Below are positions 27,863 through 36,159 of a stretch of DNA of 37,619 nucleotides, one piece after another. The number at the start of each line of letters is the position of its first letter. Within the stretch, counting starts at the first letter, position 1. The translations under genes and the position numbers were made by a program. The DNA is from a virus (taxonomy: Duplodnaviria; Heunggongvirae; Uroviricota; Caudoviricetes), in IMG/VR virus record IMGVR_UViG_3300025122_000007, positions 1 to 37,619 of that record; one strand, given 5' to 3'. The notes under the pieces are model-generated. The model was not told the DNA's origin, searched no databases, and saw nothing but the letters and a program-made list of their open reading frames with translations.

Positions 27863-28087
27863 TGGTAGTTTCAGGAATCGAACCCAAATGCAGACAATCC
27901 CCTCTGTGTTAACAAAAGTGGAAAGGTGAATTGTGTGCTTACACCAGCTCTACCTTGAAATTCAATCCATAAGCTCCATGGCTTAGGTTCTCTTTGGCAA
28001 TGCCCTTACTTAGCCTCTAACCATCACTCGTTTAAGAGGCACCGTAGGAATCAGACCGTCGTCTGCTCTGCTTATGAATCAAACTAC
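27863..28087 (-). ncRNA. Candidate ~225-nt structured RNA with tRNA-like closure (candidate RT-associated ncRNA)
   Basis: Terminal stem GUAGUUU/AAACUAC, 8-bp GCAGACGA/UUGUCUGC, T-arm-like UUGGG-UUCGAUU-CCUGA, and several internal hairpins. Confidence 0.55.
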
Positions 28088-28118
28088 AAGCAAGGGGCCA
28101 GCTGTGCTGAGCCCCTTG
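28081..28118 (-). terminator. GC-rich hairpin, possible terminator or processing site after the ThiF gene
   Basis: CAAGGGGC(U)CAGC-ACA-GCUG-GCCCCUUG followed by CUUGUAGUUU (weak U-tract). Confidence 0.5.
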
Positions 28119-28193
28119 TATATGCTTACCGTTCCTTAGAGGTCCCTATTGGTTTGTCTCTGTCCCTCATATTGGGTAAGCAATGCAGTCTAA

Positions 28194-29264
28194 TCAGACT
28201 GCCAGTTCTACCTCGGCTACTTGATCCTCAGTCGTCTCTACCACTTCGATCGTAGGAGTCTCTTCGACGACTGTCGCCTTCTTCTTCTTACGCTTTCGTG
28301 GATATGCAACCTTATAAAGGTCTAGCTCCTTCAGGGTGGTATCAAAGTTTACGATCTTCTCATGAGCAGCTTGGATAGCTGTTCTGGTCAAACGAACAGG
28401 AGTTATCCTGTTGGTGTTAGCCTTGAAGTAGACCATATGATAACCCAACGGTTCATGTCTCAATATTACTTGCAGTGCATTGTATAATACTTGTGCTGCA
28501 GTCATATTGACCGAAATACTTTGGGGGTTGGCCAAAGCTCTCATTGCACAGTTCTCAGGGTTTTCTGCTTCGGTGGGCAACAAGCCCATCTCTCCGAAAG
28601 CACTTGGGAACTGTTCAAAGAAACAAGGGAGCCTGAATGCCTTTGGAATAGGCACTTCTTCAGAATCTAAGTCTGGGTCTTCCAAAGCAGAGATGGTGTC
28701 CCTGCTTTGTCCTTTATACGCGATGACCATTTGACCTGTGAACTGTTCGTTTCCTGAGTCCAACCAGAAAGTCTCTAGGTGCTCAGGTCTCTTCATGTAC
28801 CACTTGAAGAACAGTGCTCTTGTCTTGTTGTTGTCTACGCATGTAATCAAGATAGGACTTGCGTTGGTAGATTGGGTATAGATCAGAGCATTGATGTCTT
28901 CGTTGCTCTCTAGATAGCCATTGTAGTAGGCGATATCAATGCCAAAGGCATTTGAATATCTCTTTGCCATGACTTCAGCTTTGTACTTGTTGACATCAGC
29001 TCTTACAAACTGTTGTCTTACAAGATTCTTATCTTCTACCTTGTCACCATCAACCAAGACCAGCCTTAGGCTGTCAGGTTTCTTGTTGCCCATGCCACCA
29101 CGTCTCAACTTGTTGATGAGTGAGATGTATCGTGCCAGGTGTGGAATCAGATAGCCGCCAGTTCCTCCACATCCCACTACGATGACGACCTTGTCGATAG
29201 ATCTATCGGAAGGCCCCCGATTATAATAGCCGTGGAAGTTATGTACTGTATTAATTTCTCGCAT
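28194..29264 (-). CDS. ThiF/E1-like ubiquitin-activating enzyme (PRTRC-type; likely start MREINT)
   Basis: VVGCGGTGG, LVDGDKVEDKNLVRQQF, KAEVMA, TCVDNNKTR, WLDSGN, and a conserved-position Cys in ENCA. Confidence 0.9.
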   Translation of the reverse strand: MREINTVHNFHGYYNRGPSDRSIDKVVIVVGCGGTGGYLIPHLARYISLINKLRRGGMGNKKPDSLRLVLVDGDKVEDKNLVRQQFVRADVNKYKAEVMAKRYSNAFGIDIAYYNGYLESNEDINALIYTQSTNASPILITCVDNNKTRALFFKWYMKRPEHLETFWLDSGNEQFTGQMVIAYKGQSRDTISALEDPDLDSEEVPIPKAFRLPCFFEQFPSAFGEMGLLPTEAENPENCAMRALANPQSISVNMTAAQVLYNALQVILRHEPLGYHMVYFKANTNRITPVRLTRTAIQAAHEKIVNFDTTLKELDLYKVAYPRKRKKKKATVVEETPTIEVVETTEDQVAEVELAV

Positions 29265-29271
29265 TGTATCC

Positions 29272-30591
29272 TTACTCGCCAAACGTTTCGCTTGTCTCGT
29301 GAAAATCTCGAAGAGCCTCGTTGATAGTTTCATTGTGACCTATGGCCGCCAATCTACCTACGATATGATAGATGTCATCTTGATCAGCTATGTTACAGAT
29401 TGCATCGATGTAGTCGTAGATCGCTGCTTCGTCAGCAAGGAGCCAGCTGAACTCTTCGAATTGATCTGGAGGATCAATACCTACCAAGTATTCAGAGACC
29501 CAATCTGGATCTTCTCCGAAGGTATAAAGAAGCTCTCTATCATCCTTGCCAAGACCAAACTTCTCCCACCAGTCGACAGTCTGTTCACCAAAAGCATCTC
29601 TTATCTTCTGGATCCTGTCTTCTTCCTTCGGAAGGTAGTACGTCCTGCTCGGACCCCACTCCCCAAAGAGGCTCGGATCGAACGAGGACTTGGTCTTGAA
29701 TTCAACTGGAATTCCATTGACGATTGAGTCTGGTCTGCCTTGAAAGCGGCTCCTTGGCCTGACAACCTGCTTTCTTGCAGCTACGTGTGCAATATTCGCC
29801 CGCCATACAGCTTCGGGAATTTCTACCACAGGAATATTTTCCAATCCATCCACTGTGTCGGATTCGATATCAAAGATCTCGTCAAGACTAAGTGGAACCT
29901 CTTGACCTGTAACACAGGAGACTGCACGCAAAGCCCATTCAGGCAGAGCTTTCTGGATCTTGCCAACTACTCCATAAAGTCTGAAGGCTTTCTCGTCAGC
30001 AGTGTCGGTTCCTGAAAAGTAACCAGACATTGTGTTGTGAGAATGAATCTCCATAGCTGTGATGAGGTTCGGATCCGCTTCTTTGGTAAGATCACGCTCA
30101 TAACGGACTCCACCCTTGCTGACCACATGCTTGGGAACGTCAATGAAGTACTCCTGCTTCTCGATGTCAAAGTAGATGACTGCGTATGCCTCAGCCTCAT
30201 TCATCTCTTTACAAATTTTTCTGAAAAAGGTGACGATCTGAGCAAAGTGATTGATTGGGATACGTGGAAGAGTGAGCTCAAAATTAGGCTCGACGTCTTC
30301 AGGGTGTCCAGGAATCTTGAACTCAGCTTCTCTTGTTGTAATTGTTCCAATTGGATTGCTTTCAATTACATAGAGGCCATCACCACGGACAATCTTTGTT
30401 CGTGGCTTGTCATACGTACCACTCTCAGACACGTCGGTCACATAACCATAGTATCTATTTTGGAGCTGTTCTCTTACGGTGCTCTTGTTCTTTTGAGTTT
30501 CCATGACTGCCTCTTTCTTGGCAGCGGATTGCCTATCAATCATATTTTTTAGAGCAGCGATGCTGCCATTCGTACTAGTAAGTTTGTCCAC
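29272..30591 (-). CDS. Prokaryotic JAB/JAMM isopeptidase (PRTRC protein A-like) with N- and C-terminal extensions
   Basis: E...HSH-x7-S-x2-D (EIHSHNTMSGYFSGTD), and RLYGVVGKI. Confidence 0.88.
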   Translation of the reverse strand: MDKLTSTNGSIAALKNMIDRQSAAKKEAVMETQKNKSTVREQLQNRYYGYVTDVSESGTYDKPRTKIVRGDGLYVIESNPIGTITTREAEFKIPGHPEDVEPNFELTLPRIPINHFAQIVTFFRKICKEMNEAEAYAVIYFDIEKQEYFIDVPKHVVSKGGVRYERDLTKEADPNLITAMEIHSHNTMSGYFSGTDTADEKAFRLYGVVGKIQKALPEWALRAVSCVTGQEVPLSLDEIFDIESDTVDGLENIPVVEIPEAVWRANIAHVAARKQVVRPRSRFQGRPDSIVNGIPVEFKTKSSFDPSLFGEWGPSRTYYLPKEEDRIQKIRDAFGEQTVDWWEKFGLGKDDRELLYTFGEDPDWVSEYLVGIDPPDQFEEFSWLLADEAAIYDYIDAICNIADQDDIYHIVGRLAAIGHNETINEALRDFHETSETFGE

Positions 30592-31255
30592 TGAATGTCT
30601 CCCTGATTAGATCCTTGATGGTCTTGTTTAGCTGCTTCCCCTCAAGAGGAAAGGTTCCATTCCTGACACATGTTGAGATGAATCCATCAGTGCCACCTAG
30701 GTGGCCGTTGAATGGTGTTGAATAGAATGCATTCACAACCCCTCTGCAAGAGGCGATGTCTGTAGCTTCAATACGATTGCTTCCCCAACAGATGGCACCA
30801 CCGCTATACGTGTTGCCATAGCCTGTGAAGTTATACAGTGTATCGGTATCAAACTTGACGCCATGTTGAAGAGCAAAGACCTTGGAGTCTCTGTATCTAT
30901 TTGGCTGCCGACCACCTCGTCCTGCTGCCTTGGGTGCACCTAGCTGGAAGGCAAAGATCAAGTGAGGAAATGGCACCTGCTTGATGATCTCTCCGGTATA
31001 GCCCCAACGAATGTCCACCTTACGAGGACCACTCTGATAAAGAACTGCCTCTGTGTCACCTTGGCGGCCGACAAAGACAACGCCGGTATCAGAACAAGGC
31101 ATCATGCCTGTATCAAATGCAGTTTCAGAAAAGAGATACTTCAAGTCATCAGGATTGATGGTCTTGGTAGACTGAGAGTCTCCTCGTACCTCTGTAATTG
31201 TGGTTCCCTGCTCATCGATTTCGATGATCAGTTTGTCTGGATCAGTTCTTGGCAC
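30575..31255 (-). CDS. Prokaryotic E2 family D-like protein (PRTRC protein B-like)
   Basis: PFPHLIF...KVFAL...LY...GNTYSGGAICWG...FYSTPFNGHL, with the Cys in ICWG. Confidence 0.8.
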   Translation of the reverse strand: MPRTDPDKLIIEIDEQGTTITEVRGDSQSTKTINPDDLKYLFSETAFDTGMMPCSDTGVVFVGRQGDTEAVLYQSGPRKVDIRWGYTGEIIKQVPFPHLIFAFQLGAPKAAGRGGRQPNRYRDSKVFALQHGVKFDTDTLYNFTGYGNTYSGGAICWGSNRIEATDIASCRGVVNAFYSTPFNGHLGGTDGFISTCVRNGTFPLEGKQLNKTIKDLIRETFSGQTY

Positions 31256-31258
31256 TGC

Positions 31259-32146
31259 CTACTCCAACGCTATGTTCATTAAGGGAACACGATCGAAATC
31301 CACTGTCCCCATGTTATATGTTTCTGTCATTCGAAAGGTTACGATGTTTTGATCTGGATCAAAAGCGTATGTCTTTGGTACATTGTCATAAATGACCTTG
31401 GGTGCTGTTGTAACAGGAGGCTCCCAAGTACCCTCTTCTGTGTACTTGGTGAACGCTGCTCTCTTTCTCGCTTTGAGTTGAGCCTGCTCTTCAAGCCAAT
31501 TCTCTTTGTTGTCAGCAATCTCACAGCAATTATCAATAATTGCTTTGATCTCAGGTAGCTTTTCAATAAGACTATAAAGACCACAGTTAGTTGCATTGAG
31601 GCTTACAGTAAAGGCTCCATTGTAATTGTCCCAAGCAAAACTGATCTTGTTTGGCTCTGCTGCCATCGTGGTCTTAAGATCATTAAAGCTGGCTCTATGA
31701 GCACTTTGCAAGAAAGAATGTGTCCGTCGACCATAGTTGTCAGCATTAGCTCGAGTAGTATCTAACTCACTGATAATACTCCAATATTTTGCTTGTTGTG
31801 TTTCGTTTTCTACAGGTGTGGGGTTGGTTCTTTCATATCGACGGGTACGAGGGTTCCAAACTTCTTGATTGCGACGATTGTAACCATACCTATTGTAGAC
31901 ACCGATTTGATAACCACAGACACCGCGAATCTTTTTTATCTCCCAATCAGGAAAATAAAAAGAGATGGCAGAACGAAGTAGTCGACCTGACACTGCATCG
32001 TAGGACTTCTGTCCTCCTCTCTCAGCTTCTTGCCAAGAGATCATTTTTCTGTCACGTCCTACAACACCAAGATCTTTCAGCTTCTTATGAGCACGAAGAT
32101 AGTCTAGATAGTAGTGAAAGGATTTGACCTTTGCAGCTGTATCCAT
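31259..32146 (-). CDS. Hypothetical protein within the ubiquitin-like cassette
   Basis: 295-aa ORF between the E2 and Ubl genes. Confidence 0.6.
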   Translation of the reverse strand: MDTAAKVKSFHYYLDYLRAHKKLKDLGVVGRDRKMISWQEAERGGQKSYDAVSGRLLRSAISFYFPDWEIKKIRGVCGYQIGVYNRYGYNRRNQEVWNPRTRRYERTNPTPVENETQQAKYWSIISELDTTRANADNYGRRTHSFLQSAHRASFNDLKTTMAAEPNKISFAWDNYNGAFTVSLNATNCGLYSLIEKLPEIKAIIDNCCEIADNKENWLEEQAQLKARKRAAFTKYTEEGTWEPPVTTAPKVIYDNVPKTYAFDPDQNIVTFRMTETYNMGTVDFDRVPLMNIALE

Positions 32147-32433
32147 TAGATAAAGTTATCTCCCTCTCCAATGATTGCAGGAATTATAGACACACGAGAA
32201 ACCCATTTCGCTGCCTGAGTGGCAGTCTCTTTGAGCCCGTCAATGTTTCCCTTGACGGCATCTAGCTCATCATCACCAAATTCGAACTCATCGATTAGGT
32301 TTAGATAGTCTTGATGAGACCTGAGATTAACAAGTCTTCTAAGAAATTGTAGGTGTGGTCCAGGCAAGGTTTCAGTAAGCTCTTCACTTTCTGCAACTGC
32401 CTTCGCCAACTCTGTTAGAAATGGATTACTCAT
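32146..32433 (-). CDS. Helical hypothetical protein (likely start MSNPFL)
   Basis: GAAGG precedes the ATG at 32433; the stop overlaps the next start. Confidence 0.55.
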   Translation of the reverse strand: MSNPFLTELAKAVAESEELTETLPGPHLQFLRRLVNLRSHQDYLNLIDEFEFGDDELDAVKGNIDGLKETATQAAKWVSRVSIIPAIIGEGDNFI

Positions 32434-32479
32434 ATGACCTTCTTTGTGGACCAGAGGCTCGGCGGCATGGCCCTGAGCG

Positions 32480-32674
32480 TTAGCCCTTGTTGCCAGCGGT
32501 GACTGCGAAGTCCCAGTACGTAGCATCATCGGTTTCGCTTACACGAACCGTGCTATTTGCTAGCTCCGGGAACTCCTCAGAAAGAACCTCACCGAACAGG
32601 CGTGGCGTAACACCACCCGCTGTGTCGACAGGGATCTCTTCACCGTTGTAACGTGCATAAACTGGCTTTGCCAT
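32480..32674 (-). CDS. Ubiquitin-like protein (PRTRC protein C / Prok-Ub-like)
   Basis: 64 aa with a beta-grasp-like pattern, FPELANSTV and a C-terminal F-x-x-x-AGNKG. Strong AAGGAGGT RBS. Confidence 0.8.
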   Translation of the reverse strand: MAKPVYARYNGEEIPVDTAGGVTPRLFGEVLSEEFPELANSTVRVSETDDATYWDFAVTAGNKG

Positions 32675-32688
32675 TATGTGTTACCTCC

Positions 32689-33111
32689 TTATCGGTTTTG
32701 CAATCTGGTAACCGTAGCCTTGTAGGCTATGATTGAGCGTTGCAGACTCGCGTTCTCAGCAGTGAGACGTGCGATCTCTTCAGCAAGAGCGCCATCTTCT
32801 TCTACATCTACAGCAGCGACACCCCAGACATCAGTCTCGGGCACCTCCTCTGCAGCGAGATGATCAGCTAGAGCATCGCGTGCGTTCTCACGTGCGATCT
32901 CTACCTCATCCACTCGTAGAAGCAGGTCCTCAGCAGTTGCCAAGACTAGATCATCTAGTACTTCAGCATCATCACAGACGTTGACCACCAGGGCATTGCC
33001 TGCACGACCGATAACACTATGTAGTGCACCGTTCTGCTTGACCTTGAGACTCCACTCACCAAAGTTCTCATCCATATCACTAATGAATTGACTTAGCGTC
33101 TTTGTACTCAT
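32689..33111 (-). CDS. Acidic hypothetical protein with C-terminal coiled-coil motif AENxxLxRSIxAYKATVTR
   Basis: 140-aa ORF; the motif is shared with 20871..20993. Confidence 0.6.
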   Translation of the reverse strand: MSTKTLSQFISDMDENFGEWSLKVKQNGALHSVIGRAGNALVVNVCDDAEVLDDLVLATAEDLLLRVDEVEIARENARDALADHLAAEEVPETDVWGVAAVDVEEDGALAEEIARLTAENASLQRSIIAYKATVTRLQNR

Positions 33112-34699
33112 TACTTTCCTCCACTAATTTCAAGAGCTTATGTTGTTCGTTCAACTCGGGTTCATCTAGGACCCGCTCAAGAAGATTCTTTAAGATGCGA
33201 CCATAAACAGGGCCAGGCTCTAGTCCCAACTCCTTCAGATCCTTGCCACCTATGGCAAGGTCATTCGTCTTCAGCGCATTGCTGTCTTTGATTGCTGCCT
33301 CGTACATATACTTGGCTAGCCTCTGATGGAAGGTGGTTCCATGTTTCTTTCTATTTCCCGCTCTGTCCGCAGCACGAAGCAGCAGCAGGTCATAGAATTG
33401 TTGTTCACCACCTACCTTTCTGACCAATCTTCTGATAGCTGACAGTGAGCTCTCATCCGAGATCTTTGTAGCATTGACAGAGCGATCTTCATTACACCTG
33501 GAACACTTGTCCTTGTCTGGTAGATACGCTGGTCTGTCAGGTGCATACTTAGAGTAGTAACTACGCCAGATGTGTCCCTTGTCACACTTACTCTCATAAG
33601 TTTCACTGTCTAATCTAAAGAGATGGTATCTGATCAGATTTGTAACCCTTTCACGAGTCTTGTTGCTGAATCGAAGCTGTTTAAGCTGCCGATCACCAAT
33701 AGAAGCACCGATTGCATCATGTGCATAGAAGGTACAGTCTTCAACAACTTCCCTTACCTTTCCACACTTGATACAACCAGTACGATTCTCTGGTGCTCTT
33801 TTTCCACAACCTCTACATGTATAGGTGATTCCCTTTGATTGGGGCTTTCCTACATCATGCAGCAAAGCTGCAAGCACCAGCTCTGGATCACTGGTGGTGT
33901 TCTTCATCGCTACACATGCCAGGACACTATGAGTCCATACATCATCAGCATGATAGATATTCTGAAGGCATCCGATCGATGGAACCATCTTAGGAAGCAG
34001 ATACCGTACCGCTCCTGTAGTTTTGACCAGCTCAAGGCTTCTGAAGAGATTATCTCCTGAACCCTTGAACGTCTTCATCAACTCGTCCCTTCTCCGTTCC
34101 CAAGACACAACAGACAGACCATCAATATTTTTGGTCATCTCTTTCAGATCTCTGGAACGAATGAAGAAGCCTAGTTGAGATACAAACCTGATCCCTCTTA
34201 GGATTCGAAGATAGTCTTCCTGAATCCGATCGGCCGCCGCGCCTACAAAACGAATCGTCTTCTTGTTGATATCTTTGATACCATCAAAAGGATCAACTAG
34301 TTTTTGCGATTCGACATCAAAAGCAATGGCATTCATCGTAAAGTCACGACGAGCCAGGTCTTCCTCAATGGTCTTAGCCCACTCTACTGTGGCTTTACGA
34401 CCATCAGTGGTTATATCTTTACGGAAGGTAGTAACCTCAATGCTTTCGGATTCAGAGAAACAACCTCTCTGCAGAATGGTCATAGTTCCGTGGGCCTCTC
34501 CCGTTGGAACCACTCTCCATTCTTTTCCTGCGAAAGCAATACACATCTCATCAGGAGTTGCATTGGTAGCGATATCTATATCGTTGAAAGGCCTGCCAAT
34601 CAAGGCATCACGAACACACCCACCTACGTAGTAGGCTTGGTAACCGCTATCAATCAGGCGAGTAGCAACTGCCTTGGCTGTCTTTGAAACTGTAATCAT
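33080..34699 (-). CDS. cca: CCA-adding enzyme / class II tRNA nucleotidyltransferase with HD domain and Zn-ribbon insertions
   Basis: VGGCVRD...DIDIAT, EVTTFR, EEDLARRDFTMNA, EDYLRILR and LLHDVGKP. Confidence 0.92.
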   Translation of the reverse strand: MITVSKTAKAVATRLIDSGYQAYYVGGCVRDALIGRPFNDIDIATNATPDEMCIAFAGKEWRVVPTGEAHGTMTILQRGCFSESESIEVTTFRKDITTDGRKATVEWAKTIEEDLARRDFTMNAIAFDVESQKLVDPFDGIKDINKKTIRFVGAAADRIQEDYLRILRGIRFVSQLGFFIRSRDLKEMTKNIDGLSVVSWERRRDELMKTFKGSGDNLFRSLELVKTTGAVRYLLPKMVPSIGCLQNIYHADDVWTHSVLACVAMKNTTSDPELVLAALLHDVGKPQSKGITYTCRGCGKRAPENRTGCIKCGKVREVVEDCTFYAHDAIGASIGDRQLKQLRFSNKTRERVTNLIRYHLFRLDSETYESKCDKGHIWRSYYSKYAPDRPAYLPDKDKCSRCNEDRSVNATKISDESSLSAIRRLVRKVGGEQQFYDLLLLRAADRAGNRKKHGTTFHQRLAKYMYEAAIKDSNALKTNDLAIGGKDLKELGLEPGPVYGRILKNLLERVLDEPELNEQHKLLKLVEESNEYKDAKSIH

Positions 34700-34701
34700 G
34701 A

Positions 34702-35367
34702 TTATGCACCTACGATTTGATCGACCATTCCCTTCTTACCGTACTCCAAACAATCCTCTGGACTCATCCAATAGTCATGCTTCAAGTCTGATCGAACCTT
34801 GGACTTACGTTGTCCACAAGTCTTTGCGATTCGATTTACTGCCTGTTCATGAAGCATCTCTGTCCACCTCATGTCATCTTTCAATTCTTGGTATGTACCC
34901 CAAGCTATAGATGATAATTGATGAATCATCATATAAGAGCTGGGTGTGATAACCCTGCCCCCTGGAGCACCACTCATAGCAATGAGAGCACCCATGCTTG
35001 CAGCATAGCCTTCTACATATGTGATGACTGGTGAACTGATGGCGTTCATGCAATCAATGATTGCATTCCCATCGATGATGCTACCTCCAGGAGAATTGAT
35101 GTACATGATAATAGGGGGATTCATATCCCACCTATTATATTCAGCATCATATTCTCTTAGGGCTCTAATGATCTTGGAAGATACCGTCGTTCCAATTGGC
35201 TTGTCCAGATAGATTTCTCTTCGCTCATCAACAATGATGATCTCGTTTTGATCTCCACCCAAGCTACTCTTTGTTCCCTTCTTCTCAGAAGGAGTTGAAG
35301 AATTAGTAGGCGGTCGTCTGTTCAGTAACCTGTTCAAATCGAACGGGTGAGTTGCGGAGTGACTCAA
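34702..35367 (-). CDS. clpP: ClpP-family serine protease
   Basis: YINSPGG, catalytic S in AASMG, H in MIHQ, and D in DYWMS. Confidence 0.93.
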   Translation of the reverse strand: MSHSATHPFDLNRLLNRRPPTNSSTPSEKKGTKSSLGGDQNEIIIVDERREIYLDKPIGTTVSSKIIRALREYDAEYNRWDMNPPIIMYINSPGGSIIDGNAIIDCMNAISSPVITYVEGYAASMGALIAMSGAPGGRVITPSSYMMIHQLSSIAWGTYQELKDDMRWTEMLHEQAVNRIAKTCGQRKSKVRSDLKHDYWMSPEDCLEYGKKGMVDQIVGA

Positions 35368-35602
35368 GTGTATCTCCCTGCTTTACGGATCTGCGATTGA
35401 CTCCGGAAAGAACTAGATGCTTGTGACCATTACTGGCACGTGTGATGATGTCTACGATGAGACCTCGACAAACGATAGTGTCTTCACGATAGACCAATAC
35501 GCCGTCGTTGATCTGGAAGTCTGCAAAGTCCGCTGGGGCTGTGAGTGTGAACTCATTGCTGGTGGGATCTACAAAGAACCCATCTACTGTAATTCTATTC
35601 AT
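35303..35602 (-). CDS. Hypothetical beta-rich protein (possible EF-Tu domain II-like barrel)
   Basis: LVLSGVNRRSVKQGDTL resembles the last strand and turn of translation-factor domain II barrels. Confidence 0.35.
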   Translation of the reverse strand: MNRITVDGFFVDPTSNEFTLTAPADFADFQINDGVLVYREDTIVCRGLIVDIITRASNGHKHLVLSGVNRRSVKQGDTLESLRNSPVRFEQVTEQTTAY

Positions 35603-35874
35603 TAGAATATTTCTCCTTCTTCGTCTTCAGTTACAGAGATGACAATGATGTCTCCCCTCAATCTGAAGTGATGTGCCTTGACCTCACGGTCAGGATCTGG
35701 GTTAAGGTGTCTTACATAGGCCCGAAGCAAGTCGGTGACCTTGGCCACCTCTTCTTCTGTTACCTCGAATACATCCTTAAATTCTTCTTGAGCAAACTGT
35801 AGAAGTTCTCGTTCCCACTTTGGATTACGATCACCTTCCCAGTACTCTCTAGGTGAGTATAATTTTCTCGCCAT
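35602..35874 (-). CDS. Hypothetical protein (likely start MARKLY)
   Basis: AAGAGG precedes the ATG at 35874. Confidence 0.55.
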   Translation of the reverse strand: MARKLYSPREYWEGDRNPKWERELLQFAQEEFKDVFEVTEEEVAKVTDLLRAYVRHLNPDPDREVKAHHFRLRGDIIVISVTEDEEGEIF

Positions 35875-36134
35875 GTTATGACCTCTTAAGAGGATTAGAT
35901 CTGATAGAGGATAGGACACTGCCTACCCTATAACAGTCGAGATGTGTTCACGCTGAGGAGCTCAGCAGTCACTGCAGTGATGTCCCAGTTCGAGTCGACG
36001 AATCTGTTCGGCGACCTCGAGGACATGTCCTGGTCATCTCATGAAGAGCTATAGTCGTGGCCTTCTCGGTTCCGCGAACTGCTGTGCAGTGATTACGCGA
36101 GACCGAGAGGCCGTAGACTATAGCTCTTCCTGTT

Positions 36135-36159
36135 AAGCTCCTGTTTTCACAGTACACTT
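36135..36159 (-). repeat. Copy 2 of motif stem-GUA-CUGU-GNRA-ACAG-GA-stem
   Basis: AAGU GUA CUGU GAAA ACAG GA GCUU. Confidence 0.75.

Noticed and set aside
27863-28087. tRNA with a group I intron, or a second tmRNA
   Set aside because: The insert is short and lacks recognisable group I core motifs. There is no G3:U70 pair, no properly placed CCA and no convincing tag frame.
25780-28193. CRISPR-like or tandem repeat array near the RT
   Set aside because: No regularly spaced direct repeats were found here or elsewhere in the window.
36043-36141. Integron attC site (GCTTAAC precedes the hairpin)
   Set aside because: No matching GTTRRRY at the other end, and no integrase in the window.
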